Positions 22,226 through 32,580 are shown, counted from the first letter of the stretch. The stretch: DNA of 64,000 nucleotides from an uncultured Sphingomonadaceae bacterium (GCA_947504025.1 CANNFX010000001.1:1329302-1393301), one strand, 5' to 3'. Numbers and translations are program-made. The notes: generated from the sequence alone by a model not told the origin.

Positions 22226-22960
22226 TTACATTGCCGCGACGAGGCGCAGTGTCTCTTCGGCGAGCTCGGGGCGGCAAATCAGCAAATCGGGTAAGTAAGT
22301 ATCCTGCTGGTTATAGATCATAGGCGAGCCGTCGATCCGCGAGCAGTGCAGGCCACAGGCACGGGCTACGGCTATGGGCGCGCAGCTATCCCATTCATAT
22401 TGCCCGCCTGAATGCAGATAGATTTCCGCTTCGCCGCGAACCACGGCCATGGCTTTCGCGCCTGCAGAACCCATCGGGACGAGATCGGCGCCAAGAGCTT
22501 CGGCGACTGCAACGGCCTCCGCTGCCGGGCGTGACCGGCTAACTAGCATGCGGGGTGTGCTGGGAGCAGCTGGGAGCGTAACGGGCTTATCAGTGCGCAG
22601 CACCGTTCCGCCATTTAAGCCAGGCAAAGCAACAGCGCCTATTTCAGCCACGCCGTCTACGGACAGGCCGACATGGACCGCCCAGTCTTCGCGGCCTTCG
22701 CCATATTCCCGTGTGCCATCGACTGGATCGACGATCCAAACGCGCGACTTATCGAGGCGCTCGGCCGTATCTTTGCTTTCTTCGCAAAGGATACCGTCAT
22801 CCGGTCGTTGAGCACGCAAGGCGTTTACTAAAAAGCGGTCGGCGGTTTCGTCACCCGCATTGCCCAATGCTTTGCCTTCGAACATTCCGCTCGCGCGGAC
22901 TTGCAGCAGAATTCGGCCCGCTGTGTCAGCAAGATGTGCGGCGAGATCGACGTCAGTCAT
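22226..22960 (-). CDS. cysQ: 3'(2'),5'-bisphosphate nucleotidase
   Basis: IMPase-fold motifs (CEESK, WIVDPVDGTREY, WDSCAP). It follows cysD-cysNC. Start at MTDVDLAAHL. Confidence 0.85.
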   Translation of the reverse strand: MTDVDLAAHLADTAGRILLQVRASGMFEGKALGNAGDETADRFLVNALRAQRPDDGILCEESKDTAERLDKSRVWIVDPVDGTREYGEGREDWAVHVGLSVDGVAEIGAVALPGLNGGTVLRTDKPVTLPAAPSTPRMLVSRSRPAAEAVAVAEALGADLVPMGSAGAKAMAVVRGEAEIYLHSGGQYEWDSCAPIAVARACGLHCSRIDGSPMIYNQQDTYLPDLLICRPELAEETLRLVAAM

Positions 22961-22989
22961 ATTACTTCTTTCGGAGATACAGGGAGCGC

Positions 22990-24915
22990 TTAGCGCCAAC
23001 CCTTTGCGATGAGCTCGTCCACGATATAACGCGCTGCCTCGACAGGATTCATTTGCGTCGTGTCGATTGTCAGGTCGGCGTTTTGGGGTGTTTCGTAGGG
23101 GCTGTCGATGCCGGTGAAGTTCTTGAGTTCACCGCTTCGAGCTTTCTTATAGAGGCCCTTCACGTCGCGTTCTTCTGCGACTGCCAGCGGTGTATCGACG
23201 AAGATTTCGATGAACTCGCCTTCGGGCAGCATGCTGCGGACCATCTGCCGTTCGGCTCGGAATGGGCTGATGAAAGCGGTTAGAACGATCAAGCCAGCGT
23301 CGGTCATCAGCTTGGCGACCTCACCCACACGGCGAATGTTTTCGATCCGGTCCGCTTCGGTAAAACCAAGGTCTTTGTTGAGACCGTGACGGACATTATC
23401 ACCATCGAGCAGGAAGGTGTGACGGTTCATCAGTGCGAGCTGTTTCTCCACCTCGTTGGCGATAGTTGATTTCCCCGAGCCGGAAAGACCCGTGAACCAC
23501 AATACGCGCGGCTGCTGGTTTTTGCGTTCAGCATGGTCGTCACGGGTGATCGTGGTCGGCTGCCAATGAACGTTTTGTGCACGGCGTAGGCTGAAATGCA
23601 GCATGCCTGCGGCGACGGTCGCATTGGTGATCTTGTCGACCAAAATGAACCCACCCAAAGCCTTGCTATCGTCGTAGGATTCGAATGTGATTGGCTTATC
23701 AGTGCGAAGTTCTGCGACACCGATGGAGTTTAGATCCAGCGTCTTGGCTGCGAGATGTTCCATCGTGTTGACGTTGATCTCATATTTCGGCTCCTGAACC
23801 GTGGCGCTTACGGTTTGGGTTGCCAATTTGAGCCAGTAACCGCGGCCAGCCTTCATCGCTTCATCGCTCATCCAGACGAGCGTCGCCTCGAATTGGTCGG
23901 CTGCTTCGGGCGGTGCATCGGCAGACGCGATTACGTCGCCGCGGCTGCAATCAACTTCGTCCTCAAGTGTCAGCGTAACCGATTGGCCAGCGATGGCTTC
24001 GTCCAAATCACCATCGAAGGTAACGATCGACTTGATCTTGCTGGTCTTGCCCGAGGGTATGATGCGGACATCGTCACCCGGCTTCAAACGGCCATCGGAA
24101 ACGAGGCCGGAGAACCCGCGGAAGTCGAGGTTGGGGCGGTTGACCCACTGCACTGGCATGCGGAATGGCCGCTTGCGCGCTTCGGCATTGGCGAGCTCGA
24201 TTGTCTCGAGATGCTCCATCAGACTTACGCCCTTGTACCACGGCGTGTTGGCCGATGGTGCGCTGGCAATATTGTCGCCCTTAAATCCGGAAATTGGAAT
24301 TGCGGTGAATTCCTCGATCCCGATTTCTTTTGCGAAGGCGCTATAGTCGGCGACGATCTGATCGAAAGTAGACTGGTCATAGCCAGCTAAATCCATTTTG
24401 TTCACGGCCAGAATTAGATGTTTGATGCCCAGCAGGTGGGCGAGGTAGGAATGGCGACGCGTTTGCACCAGCACACCCTTGCGCGCGTCGATCAGGATTA
24501 CAGCGGCATCGGCAGTCGACGCGCCTGTGACCATGTTGCGCGTATATTGCTCGTGGCCCGGCGTATCGGCGACGATAAACTTGCGTTTTTCGGTCGCGAA
24601 GAAACGGTAGGCGACATCGATGGTGATGCCTTGCTCGCGTTCTGCGGCGAGACCATCGACCAGTAGCGCAAAATCCATTTCCTGACCCTGCGTGCCGACC
24701 TTCTTGCTGTCAGCTTCCAGCGCGGTTAGCTGATCTTCGAAGATCATTTTTGAATCGTACAGCAAGCGGCCAATCAAAGTACTCTTGCCGTCATCTACGC
24801 TGCCGCATGTGATGAAGCGCAGCAGTTCTTTGTTCTGGTGCTGCTCAAGATAGGCGCCGATATCTTCGGCGATCAAAGCGTCGGTTTCGTAGGTTGGAGC
24901 GGTTTTCTCAGTCAT
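22990..24915 (-). CDS. cysNC: bifunctional sulfate adenylyltransferase subunit 1 / adenylylsulfate kinase
   Basis: 641 aa. The N-terminal GTPase shows [19 protein letters not shown] and NKMD. The C-terminal APS kinase has the P-loop GLSGSGKST. Confidence 0.93.
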   Translation of the reverse strand: MTEKTAPTYETDALIAEDIGAYLEQHQNKELLRFITCGSVDDGKSTLIGRLLYDSKMIFEDQLTALEADSKKVGTQGQEMDFALLVDGLAAEREQGITIDVAYRFFATEKRKFIVADTPGHEQYTRNMVTGASTADAAVILIDARKGVLVQTRRHSYLAHLLGIKHLILAVNKMDLAGYDQSTFDQIVADYSAFAKEIGIEEFTAIPISGFKGDNIASAPSANTPWYKGVSLMEHLETIELANAEARKRPFRMPVQWVNRPNLDFRGFSGLVSDGRLKPGDDVRIIPSGKTSKIKSIVTFDGDLDEAIAGQSVTLTLEDEVDCSRGDVIASADAPPEAADQFEATLVWMSDEAMKAGRGYWLKLATQTVSATVQEPKYEINVNTMEHLAAKTLDLNSIGVAELRTDKPITFESYDDSKALGGFILVDKITNATVAAGMLHFSLRRAQNVHWQPTTITRDDHAERKNQQPRVLWFTGLSGSGKSTIANEVEKQLALMNRHTFLLDGDNVRHGLNKDLGFTEADRIENIRRVGEVAKLMTDAGLIVLTAFISPFRAERQMVRSMLPEGEFIEIFVDTPLAVAEERDVKGLYKKARSGELKNFTGIDSPYETPQNADLTIDTTQMNPVEAARYIVDELIAKGWR

Positions 24916-25820
24916 CAGAAGTAACCCTCCGCTTTCTTTTTCTCCATGCCGGCACCGCCTTCATCCTTGTCGATGGCACGGCCCTGACGTTCGCTGGTGG
25001 TTGTCAGCAACATTTCCTGCACGACGCCTTCCAGCGTGTCGGCTTCGCTTTCGACCGCGCCGGTTAGCGGATAGCAGCCCAGTGTACGGAAGCGGATGGA
25101 ACGCATGACTGGTTCTTCACCTTTTTCGAGTGGGAAGCGGTCATCATCGACCATCAGCAGCATGCCGTCGCGCTCCACAGTCGGGCGCGGCGCGGAAAGA
25201 TAAAGTGGCACGATTTCAATCTGCTCGAGCATGATATACTGCCAGATATCGAGTTCGGTCCAGTTAGATAGCGGGAAGGCGCGGATGCTTTCGCCCTTCG
25301 CCTTGCGCGCATTATAGAGGTTCCAAAGCTCAGGTCTCTGATTTTTCGGATCCCAGCCATGGCTGGCGCTGCGGAAGGAGAATACACGCTCTTTAGCACG
25401 GCTCTTTTCCTCATCGCGGCGAGCACCGCCGAAAGCGACGTCGAATTTGTAATGGTCGAGTGCTTGCTTGAGCCCCTGTGTCTTCCACATATCGGTGTGC
25501 AATGCGCCGTGATCAAACGGGTTGATGCCGCGTTCTTCGGCTTCGGGGTTGGTCCAGACCAGCAAATCCATTCCGGCGTCTTTTGCAGCCTTTTCGCGCA
25601 GCGCGTACATAGCCTTGAATTTCCAGGTCGTGTCGACGTGCAGTAGCGGGAAAGGAGGCGGCGAAGGGTAGAAAGCCTTGCGTGCCAGATGCAGCATCAC
25701 TGCACTGTCCTTACCTACAGAGTACATCATGACGGGATTGGTAGCGTCAGCCACCACTTCGCGCATGATATGGATGCTTTCGGCCTCAAGCCGTTCGAGA
25801 TGTGTAAGTCCGTTTGCCAT
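24915..25820 (-). CDS. cysD: sulfate adenylyltransferase subunit 2
   Basis: PAPS-reductase fold with MLYSVGKDS-type SGGKDS-like motif. Start placed at [22 protein letters not shown]. The ORF-track N-terminal extension runs through tRNA-Gly and is rejected. The stop shares one nt with the cysNC start. Confidence 0.93.
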   Translation of the reverse strand: MANGLTHLERLEAESIHIMREVVADATNPVMMYSVGKDSAVMLHLARKAFYPSPPPFPLLHVDTTWKFKAMYALREKAAKDAGMDLLVWTNPEAEERGINPFDHGALHTDMWKTQGLKQALDHYKFDVAFGGARRDEEKSRAKERVFSFRSASHGWDPKNQRPELWNLYNARKAKGESIRAFPLSNWTELDIWQYIMLEQIEIVPLYLSAPRPTVERDGMLLMVDDDRFPLEKGEEPVMRSIRFRTLGCYPLTGAVESEADTLEGVVQEMLLTTTSERQGRAIDKDEGGAGMEKKKAEGYF

Positions 25821-25976
25821 GTCGCGCGAACTGCTAAAGCCTTCCGCTACAATGGCAAACAAAGAATGGCTTTGAGCAGTAAAACTGGCATGAAATTTGA
25901 TCAGATTTGACGACAAGTGCGATGTTTTGTTGACGGATGGCCTGCGGTGGTGGCAAGCGGCGGCATCAACGAGCGG

Positions 25977-26050
25977 GCGGGTATAGCATAGTGGTAATGC
26001 TCTAGCCTTCCAAGCTAGATAGAGGGGTTCGATTCCCCTTACCCGCTCCA
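25977..26050 (+). tRNA. tRNA-Gly (anticodon UCC)
   Basis: Hand-folded. Acceptor GCGGGTA/TACCCGC, D arm GCAT-AGTGGTA-ATGC, anticodon stem CTAGC/GCTAG with loop CTTCCAA, T arm AGGGG-TTCGATT-CCCCT, encoded CCA. Confidence 0.9.
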
Positions 26051-26138
26051 ACTTTCCTTGATCTTCATTGATTCGCTGTGTTTCCGGAGCTTTGCTCGCG
26101 GGAGATTGACTCATGTTCCACTGTATCGTTATTCATTA

Positions 26139-26153
26139 GAACATAAAGTGAAC
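26139..26153 (+). promoter_or_regulatory. alphaproteobacterial LexA (SOS) box GAAC-N7-GAAC
   Basis: The exact sequence GAACATAAAGTGAAC lies 18 nt upstream of the imuA start. It is the reverse-strand form of the GTTC-N7-GTTC direct-repeat LexA motif of Alphaproteobacteria. Such boxes classically precede imuA-imuB-dnaE2. Confidence 0.7.
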
Positions 26154-26170
26154 ATATAAGTGTAGGCATT

Positions 26171-26923
26171 ATGAATGTATTGTCCGGAAAACCTGATTTC
26201 TCATTGGTGTCAAAGGATAATTGCGTCGTTTCCGGAGTGGGGGAAGCGAATCGGTCTGCTGACGATGAGATATCTCCGATTCTCCCAGATGCGCCGCGTC
26301 TGGTCGAACTTTTCGCTGATTTCCGCGACGGGGCTGCGGTCGGTTTTGCATTATCGCAAGTGCCGGCGGGCGGATCGATCCTGTGGGTACAGGAGCGCAT
26401 GGCCGCGCTTGAAACCGGCCGGCCATTTGGGCGGGCCTTTGCACGTTTCGGCGGCGATCCGGAACAGTTGGTGCTGGCCTGCTCGCGAAATGCAGCTGAT
26501 TTGCTGTGGGCGATGGAGGAAGGGCTGAGATGCTCGTCCCTGTCAGCCATTATTGGCGAGGTTTACGGCGACCCGCGTGCGTTGGACTTTACCGCTACCA
26601 AACGGCTTGCAATGCGAGCCGAACGGCAGGGTGTGCATGTTTTTCTTATCCGTTTTCAGGGCAGCGCCACTCTGTCCGCCGCTCGGCAGCGTTGGAAAAT
26701 CCGCTCATTGCCTTCTGTACCGCATCCCTTCGACGACCGCGCACCGGGCGCGCCGCGCTGGCATGCGGAGCTGTTCCGCGCACGCGACATGCGGCCGGGT
26801 ATCTGGGAAGCGAGCTATGACCGGGCGGCGCATCGTCTCGATCTGGTTCCCCCACTTTGCCATCCAGAGATGGATCAGGAGGACGGCCAAGGCGGGGTCA
26901 GGGCGCGAGCTGCAAACAGCTAG
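26171..26923 (+). CDS. imuA: translesion-synthesis accessory protein ImuA (RecA/SulA-like)
   Basis: 250 aa. Called from its position as first gene of the LexA-boxed cassette ahead of imuB/dnaE2, its size, and the degenerate RecA-like core (VGFALSQ...GSILWVQE...LDFTATKRLAMRAERQGVHVFLIR). The last 107 nt overlap imuB. Confidence 0.75.
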   Translation: MNVLSGKPDFSLVSKDNCVVSGVGEANRSADDEISPILPDAPRLVELFADFRDGAAVGFALSQVPAGGSILWVQERMAALETGRPFGRAFARFGGDPEQLVLACSRNAADLLWAMEEGLRCSSLSAIIGEVYGDPRALDFTATKRLAMRAERQGVHVFLIRFQGSATLSAARQRWKIRSLPSVPHPFDDRAPGAPRWHAELFRARDMRPGIWEASYDRAAHRLDLVPPLCHPEMDQEDGQGGVRARAANS

Positions 26924-28382
26924 TGATGCGGCGCTGGTTCTGGCGCGTGCAGGTGTGCATGGACCGGTCATCCATGATGTGAACCGGGTGGCAGCTAGTC
27001 AGGGTATGCAGCCGGGCGCGCGAGTAACCGATATGCGTGCGTTGATCCCTAATTTGCAGGTGGAAGATGCCGCTCCCGAAATGGACGCAGCGGATCTTGT
27101 CATGCTGATGCGGTGGTCACGGCGCTGGTGTCCGTGGAGTCAGATTGACGGCGCATCGGGCTTATTGCTCGACAGTGCGGGATCGGCTCACCTGCACGGA
27201 GGCGAAGATGCAATGATCCGCGATATGGCTGGTGCTTTTGGAGCGTTGGGGCTCACGGCGAATATCGCGATTGCCCCAACGATTGGGGCTGCTTGGGCGT
27301 TAGCGCGGTATGGAGGGCAGCGGTTTGCGGTGTGTGCTGGCGGACAAATCCTGGAGCGTCTCGCGCCTTTGCCTGCGGCTGCTTTACGGCTCGATGGCGC
27401 GACGACATTGTTACTCGTCAGACTTGGTCTCAAGACTGTTGGTGCGCTGGCCGAAGTGCCGCGAGAGTCGTTGATCCGCCGTTTTCGCAAGATTGAGGCA
27501 TTCTCGGCGAATCCGGTCTTGCGGCTTGATCAGGCGATAGGACGGCAGAAGGAATTGCTGGTTTCTGAAGAGATCGCGCCTGCGCTGCGGGTTGTGCGGA
27601 AATTGGCTGAACCACTCGGCGATGCGGAAGGCCTGTCACAGGTCCTGCGTGATCTGGCTGACGATCTTTGCACCATTATGGAACAAAAGCATAGCGGCGC
27701 GCGGGCACTGCGGTTCACCGCTTACCGCGTGGATGGAGAAGTGCTTTCTACTGAAGCACGTACGAGCCGAGCCAGCCGAGATGCGGCGCATCTGGTGACC
27801 TTGTTTGACGGTCTGCTCGAAAGACTCGATCCCGGTTTCGGAGTTGAGGCGGCAGGGCTTGAAGTCATCGACCACGAGGTTTTGGGCGGGTTACAAGGCG
27901 ATCTGCATGAGCAGCGCCGTGACACTATGGCTTTTGCGCAGCTGATTGACCGCTTGGTGGCTCGGCTCGGCATCGGATCAGTGTTGAAACCTGTCCAGCG
28001 CGGTAGCCATATTCCCGAACGTGCCGAAGATCTGGTGCCGCACGCAATGCTGGGGAAACCGGATGAAAATCCGGTACAGCGCCCGCTGGAAACTCCACTC
28101 AAACTGCTAGCCACACCGGAGCAGGCTGAGGTTATCCATGCGGTGCCTGATGGTCCGCCTGCCCGCTTTCGCTGGCGGTACAAGGTGCATGATATCGCTC
28201 GCAGTCAGGGGCCTGAACGCATTGCACCGGAATGGTGGCGGGCGGGGCCGGGCACGCGGCTGCGTGATTATTACCATGTGGAAGACAGTGAAGGTCGCCG
28301 CTTTTGGCTCTACCGTGAGGGGCTGGTGGGTGACGGGCGCGGTGACAATCCGCGCTGGTATATTCACGGGCTGGATGCCTGA
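26817..28382 (+). CDS. imuB: Y-family DNA polymerase-like protein ImuB
   Basis: Start at MTGRRIVSIWFPHFAIQRW, the typical ImuB N-terminus. About 520 aa. Its stop overlaps the dnaE2 start (ATGA-type). Confidence 0.85.
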   Translation: MTGRRIVSIWFPHFAIQRWIRRTAKAGSGRELQTASDAALVLARAGVHGPVIHDVNRVAASQGMQPGARVTDMRALIPNLQVEDAAPEMDAADLVMLMRWSRRWCPWSQIDGASGLLLDSAGSAHLHGGEDAMIRDMAGAFGALGLTANIAIAPTIGAAWALARYGGQRFAVCAGGQILERLAPLPAAALRLDGATTLLLVRLGLKTVGALAEVPRESLIRRFRKIEAFSANPVLRLDQAIGRQKELLVSEEIAPALRVVRKLAEPLGDAEGLSQVLRDLADDLCTIMEQKHSGARALRFTAYRVDGEVLSTEARTSRASRDAAHLVTLFDGLLERLDPGFGVEAAGLEVIDHEVLGGLQGDLHEQRRDTMAFAQLIDRLVARLGIGSVLKPVQRGSHIPERAEDLVPHAMLGKPDENPVQRPLETPLKLLATPEQAEVIHAVPDGPPARFRWRYKVHDIARSQGPERIAPEWWRAGPGTRLRDYYHVEDSEGRRFWLYREGLVGDGRGDNPRWYIHGLDA

Positions 28383-31300
28383 TGCCGGACGCCCCGCTCA
28401 CTTCTAACAAATCTAGGCTCGTCAATTTGGAGTATCGTGGATGTAATCCCCCGGCACCCTATGTCGAACTAGGGTTGGCAACCAATTTCAGCTTCTTGCG
28501 TGGTGCGTCAGATGCAGCCGACTTTGTGACCGAGGCTTATGGGCAGGGTTACGATATGCTCGGCATTGCTGACCGCAACACCATGGCAGGGGTGGTACGG
28601 CTTCATACGGAGGCGAATAAGGCCAAGATCAAGCCGGTAATAGGCTGCCGGATCGACCTGCTCGATACGCCTTCGCTCTACGCTTATCCCAAAACGCGTA
28701 AGGGATATGGTGCACTTTGCCGTCTGTTGTCGGCAGGGAAAATGAACGATGTGGAAGGCAAGTGGCAGGCCAAGGGCGAGTGCCACATCATGTTGGCCGA
28801 TGTGGCGCAGGAGCTGGATGAGGCAGTGACCCTGATCGCCATCCCGCCGATCAATCTGGATAATTTTTCTGCCGACCTTCAGCGCATGGTGGAGGTTCTG
28901 CCCGGCCTCACCCATGTGGCTGTATCCTATCTCTATCGCGGCGATGACCGTGCACGGATCAACAGGCTTGAGAGCCTCTCCGCCACGCATCGGTTAAAAT
29001 TGCTGGCTACTAATGATGTTCATTATCACACCCCTTCGCGCCGGGCGTTGCAGGATGTGATGAGCTGTATCCGCGAGAAGGTGACGATCTTCGAAGCAGG
29101 TAGTCTGCTTGAGGCAAATGGTGAACGCTATCTCAAATCGCCGCAGGAAATGCAGCGATTGTTTGCCGAATGGCCGGATGCTGTTGCGCAAAGCCGGATC
29201 ATTGCGGAAAGCTGTACTTTCTCACTTGAGGAACTGCGCTACGAATACCCTGAATTGAGCGTGCCGGATGGTAAGACTCCAGAGGAATACCTTGCTGAGC
29301 TGACATGGACGGGTGCGGCAGAGCGTTATCCGAGCGGAGTCCCGGATACAGTTCGCCAAACCATCGAGAAGGAACTGGCGCTGATCTCCAAGATGGAGTT
29401 TCCGCCTTATTTTCTGACCATCTGTGACATTGTGAAATATGCCCGAAGTCAGGGCATCTTATGCCAGGGGCGCGGTTCTGCGGCCAACAGTGCGGTTTGT
29501 TATTGCCTCAAGATCACCTCGGTCGATCCGGTGCAATGCGACTTATTATTCGAGCGTTTCATTTCCGAAGAGCGCAAGGAGCCGCCCGATATCGATGTCG
29601 ACTTCGAGCATGAGCGGCGCGAGGAAGTGATCCAGCACATTTATCAAGAATATGGCCGCGACCGCGCGGGGTTGTGCGCCACGGTGATCCATTATCGCCC
29701 TCGCTCCGCCATTCGCGAGGTCGGCAAGGTGATGGGCCTGTCCGAAGATGTCACCACTGCACTGGCCAAGACGATCTGGGGCAGTTGGGGCTCCTCGGTT
29801 GATGATGACAAGGTGGAAGAGGCGGGCTTCGATCTTGCCGATCCGCATCTGCGCCGCACCATCGCACTGGCCGAACAATTGATCGGTCAACCACGCCACT
29901 TGTCACAGCATGTTGGCGGTTTCATCCTTACCCGGCATGCGCTGACCGAAACCGTGCCGATTGGTAATGGTGCGATGGCAGATCGCAGTTTTATCGAATG
30001 GGACAAGGATGACATAGAAGCACTCGGTATCCTCAAGATGGATGTGCTGGCGCTGGGAATGCTCACCTGTATTCGCAAATGTTTCGATATGATTGAAGCG
30101 CACGTCGGTGAAAAATTCACGCTGGCGAGTGTCGAGCAGGAAGATTGGGCGGTTTATGACATGCTGCAGAAGGGCGACTCTCTGGGCGTGTTCCAAGTTG
30201 AGAGCCGTGCGCAGATGAATATGCTTCCGCGCCTTAAGCCTGCCACTTTCTATGATCTCGTGATTCAGGTTGCGATTGTCCGTCCCGGACCGATCCAGGG
30301 CGACATGGTCCATCCGTTTTTGAAGCGGCGTAAAGGAAAGGAACAACCCGACTATCCTTCACCCTCCCCCGAACATGGCCATCCGGATGAATTGAAAGAT
30401 ATTCTGAAACGAACGTTAGGCGTGCCGATCTTTCAGGAACAGGCGATGAAGATCGCCATGGTCGCGGCCAAGTTTACCCCGCCGGAAGCGAACCAGCTAC
30501 GCAAAGCGATGGCGACCTTCCGTTCGCGCGGGATGGTATCTGATCATAAAGAAAAGATGGTCGGGCGGATGGTGAAGCGGGGTTATGACCCTGAGTTTTC
30601 CGCTCGCTGTTTCAGTCAGATTGAGGGGTTCGGCGAATATGGCTTTCCCGAAAGTCACGCTGCCAGCTTCGCGCATCTTGTCTATGTGTCGAGTTGGATA
30701 AAGCACTATTATCCAGCAGTTTTCTGTACCGGATTGCTGAATTCGCAGCCGATGGGTTTCTATGCCCCGGCGCAGATCGTGCGCGATGCGCGCGAGCATG
30801 GGGTCACAGTGTTCGCCCCTGATGTAAATATGAGTGACTGGGACAATAGTGTCGAGTGGCAGGTTTTAGATGGAGAACGTCAATTGGTGGTCCGGCTAGG
30901 CTTCAGGCAGGTGGATGGCCTGGCCGAATTGGATGCCGCCAGGTTGCTTAATAGCCGCGACGTACCTTTTGCTGATGTTGAGGAACTACGTACCCGCGCA
31001 AGACTTGGCACGCGCCCGATCCAGTTGCTTGCCGCCGCTGATGCATTTCGCTCGATGGGCAAGGATCGCCGCGCCGCCTTGTGGGATGCCCGCGCGCTGA
31101 AGAACGCACCTGACTTGCCGCTATTCACCCATGCAGAGCAGCGTGATGAAGGCGCGGATGTGCCTGTTTTGCTACCAGCGATGCCCTTGTCCGAACATGT
31201 TGTGGCCGATTACCAGACCACCCGCCTGTCGCTTAAAGGACATCCGCTGTCCTTTCTGCGCGAAAGTTATACCGGGCGCGGTTTTATAAGGGCGGCGGAT

Positions 31301-31720
31301 TTGCAGGGCTGTAAATATGGCCAGCGCGTATCGATTGCCGGGATCGTGCTGATTCGCCAGCGGCCCGGCAGTGCAAAGGGCGTCGTGTTTATCACGTTGG
31401 AGGATGAAAGCGGGGTCGCGAACCTCGTCGTCTGGCCTGATGCGATGGAGAAGAACCGCAAGACAATTATGGGTGCGCGGCTGATGGCGGTGGAGGGCAC
31501 TGTGCAGATGGATGAAGGTGTGATCCATGTCGTGGCGCGGCGGATGTTTGATGACACGGCGCGGCTTTCTGACCTATCAGAAGATTTACTGACGCCTGCT
31601 CTCGCTCGCGCCGATCATGTTATCAGCCCGCTCCCACAATCTTTGGCACATATGACCTCTCATGCCGGGCGTCATCCGCGTGATGTCAGAGTGATTCCGA
31701 AATCACGTGACTTTCATTAG
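28382..31720 (+). CDS. dnaE2: error-prone DNA polymerase (DnaE2, Pol III alpha paralogue)
   Basis: 1112 aa. The PHP domain N-terminus (YVELGLATNFSFLRGAS), the pol III alpha core (GRGSAANS, FERFIS..R...PDIDVDF) and an OB-fold tail are present. Cassette context supports the call. Confidence 0.93.
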   Translation: MPDAPLTSNKSRLVNLEYRGCNPPAPYVELGLATNFSFLRGASDAADFVTEAYGQGYDMLGIADRNTMAGVVRLHTEANKAKIKPVIGCRIDLLDTPSLYAYPKTRKGYGALCRLLSAGKMNDVEGKWQAKGECHIMLADVAQELDEAVTLIAIPPINLDNFSADLQRMVEVLPGLTHVAVSYLYRGDDRARINRLESLSATHRLKLLATNDVHYHTPSRRALQDVMSCIREKVTIFEAGSLLEANGERYLKSPQEMQRLFAEWPDAVAQSRIIAESCTFSLEELRYEYPELSVPDGKTPEEYLAELTWTGAAERYPSGVPDTVRQTIEKELALISKMEFPPYFLTICDIVKYARSQGILCQGRGSAANSAVCYCLKITSVDPVQCDLLFERFISEERKEPPDIDVDFEHERREEVIQHIYQEYGRDRAGLCATVIHYRPRSAIREVGKVMGLSEDVTTALAKTIWGSWGSSVDDDKVEEAGFDLADPHLRRTIALAEQLIGQPRHLSQHVGGFILTRHALTETVPIGNGAMADRSFIEWDKDDIEALGILKMDVLALGMLTCIRKCFDMIEAHVGEKFTLASVEQEDWAVYDMLQKGDSLGVFQVESRAQMNMLPRLKPATFYDLVIQVAIVRPGPIQGDMVHPFLKRRKGKEQPDYPSPSPEHGHPDELKDILKRTLGVPIFQEQAMKIAMVAAKFTPPEANQLRKAMATFRSRGMVSDHKEKMVGRMVKRGYDPEFSARCFSQIEGFGEYGFPESHAASFAHLVYVSSWIKHYYPAVFCTGLLNSQPMGFYAPAQIVRDAREHGVTVFAPDVNMSDWDNSVEWQVLDGERQLVVRLGFRQVDGLAELDAARLLNSRDVPFADVEELRTRARLGTRPIQLLAAADAFRSMGKDRRAALWDARALKNAPDLPLFTHAEQRDEGADVPVLLPAMPLSEHVVADYQTTRLSLKGHPLSFLRESYTGRGFIRAADLQGCKYGQRVSIAGIVLIRQRPGSAKGVVFITLEDESGVANLVVWPDAMEKNRKTIMGARLMAVEGTVQMDEGVIHVVARRMFDDTARLSDLSEDLLTPALARADHVISPLPQSLAHMTSHAGRHPRDVRVIPKSRDFH

Positions 31721-32580
31721 CTGGCCGGACGCACCGCCATATTGTCTATCAAGCGCGTGCTGCCAATCCGTGCAGCCACCAGCAGGCGAGCAGGATTCTT
31801 ACCCAACTCACCCAGCCTTTCGAGCGAGGCGGCATCAGCCAGATCGGCATAATCAACCGAAGCGAACCCACCACTGACCAGCGCATCCTCCAGCGCAGCC
31901 AGCGTGGGGCGAATGTCTTGACCGTCCTCGATCCGGGCAATCGCCTCGCGCATTTCTCGTGGCAGCTTTGCCGCGGCGGCGCGGTCTTCGGGCGACAGGT
32001 AACGGTTGCGGCTGCTCATTGCGAGACCATCTGCCTCGCGCACTGTTTCTACGCCGACGATGTCATCTGCAAAAGGCTGCATCAGATTGAGATCACGGGC
32101 CATACGGCGGATGACAGCGAGTTGCTGCCAATCCTTCTCGCCGAACACGGCCATGTCTGGCCGGACCTGATTGAACAGTTTGCAAACCACAGTGGCTACA
32201 CCGTCAAAATGGCCGGGCCGCGACGCGCCGCAGAAACCGGAACTAACGCCTTCGACGGCAATGCTGGTTGCAAACCCCTCGGGGTACATTGCGGCCACTT
32301 CGGGTGCCCATAGCAGCGCCACGCCCTCGGCCTTTAGCGCTGCCGAATCCTCGGCGAGTGGGCGCGGATAGGCATCCAGATCCTCGCCTTCACCGAACTG
32401 GGTCGGATTGACAAAAATCGATGCGACCACGTGATCAGCGCGTTCTTTCGCAGCGCGTACCAGCGTCAAATGCCCATCGTGCAAGGCGCCCATTGTTGGC
32501 ACTAAGGCGACAGTTTTGCCGTCCTTACGTAATGCAGCGATGCTTTTTCTCAACAAATCCAGCTTGGCGACGGTTTGCAC
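31717..32580 (-). CDS. panC: pantoate--beta-alanine ligase
   Basis: PTMGALHDGHLTL and FGEKDWQQ motifs. Start assigned to the GTG at 32578-32580 (VQTVAKLDLL), preceded by GGAGG. The longer ORF start adds a Cys-rich, non-PanC-like extension. Confidence 0.9.
   Translation of the reverse strand: MQTVAKLDLLRKSIAALRKDGKTVALVPTMGALHDGHLTLVRAAKERADHVVASIFVNPTQFGEGEDLDAYPRPLAEDSAALKAEGVALLWAPEVAAMYPEGFATSIAVEGVSSGFCGASRPGHFDGVATVVCKLFNQVRPDMAVFGEKDWQQLAVIRRMARDLNLMQPFADDIVGVETVREADGLAMSSRNRYLSPEDRAAAAKLPREMREAIARIEDGQDIRPTLAALEDALVSGGFASVDYADLADAASLERLGELGKNPARLLVAARIGSTRLIDNMAVRPAS

Noticed and set aside
24915-26114. 399-aa ORF-track version of cysD extending about 98 codons upstream
   Set aside because: The extension runs antisense through tRNA-Gly (the [21 protein letters not shown]-type peptide is the usual artefact of translating a tRNA gene). 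It has no CysD similarity. The conserved CysD N-terminus starts at [12 protein letters not shown] (25820).
26115-26129. Possible second LexA box GTTC-CACTGTA-TCGT upstream of imuA
   Set aside because: Only the first half-site matches; the second is TCGT/CGTT whichever spacing is used. It may be a degenerate remnant but cannot be supported.
25977-31720. imuAB-dnaE2 as a discrete tRNA-targeted genomic island
   Set aside because: There is no integrase or recombinase gene. I could not find a direct repeat of the tRNA-Gly 3' end near the distal border (31700-31760). The composition of the three genes looks native. I kept only the weaker observation of tRNA adjacency.
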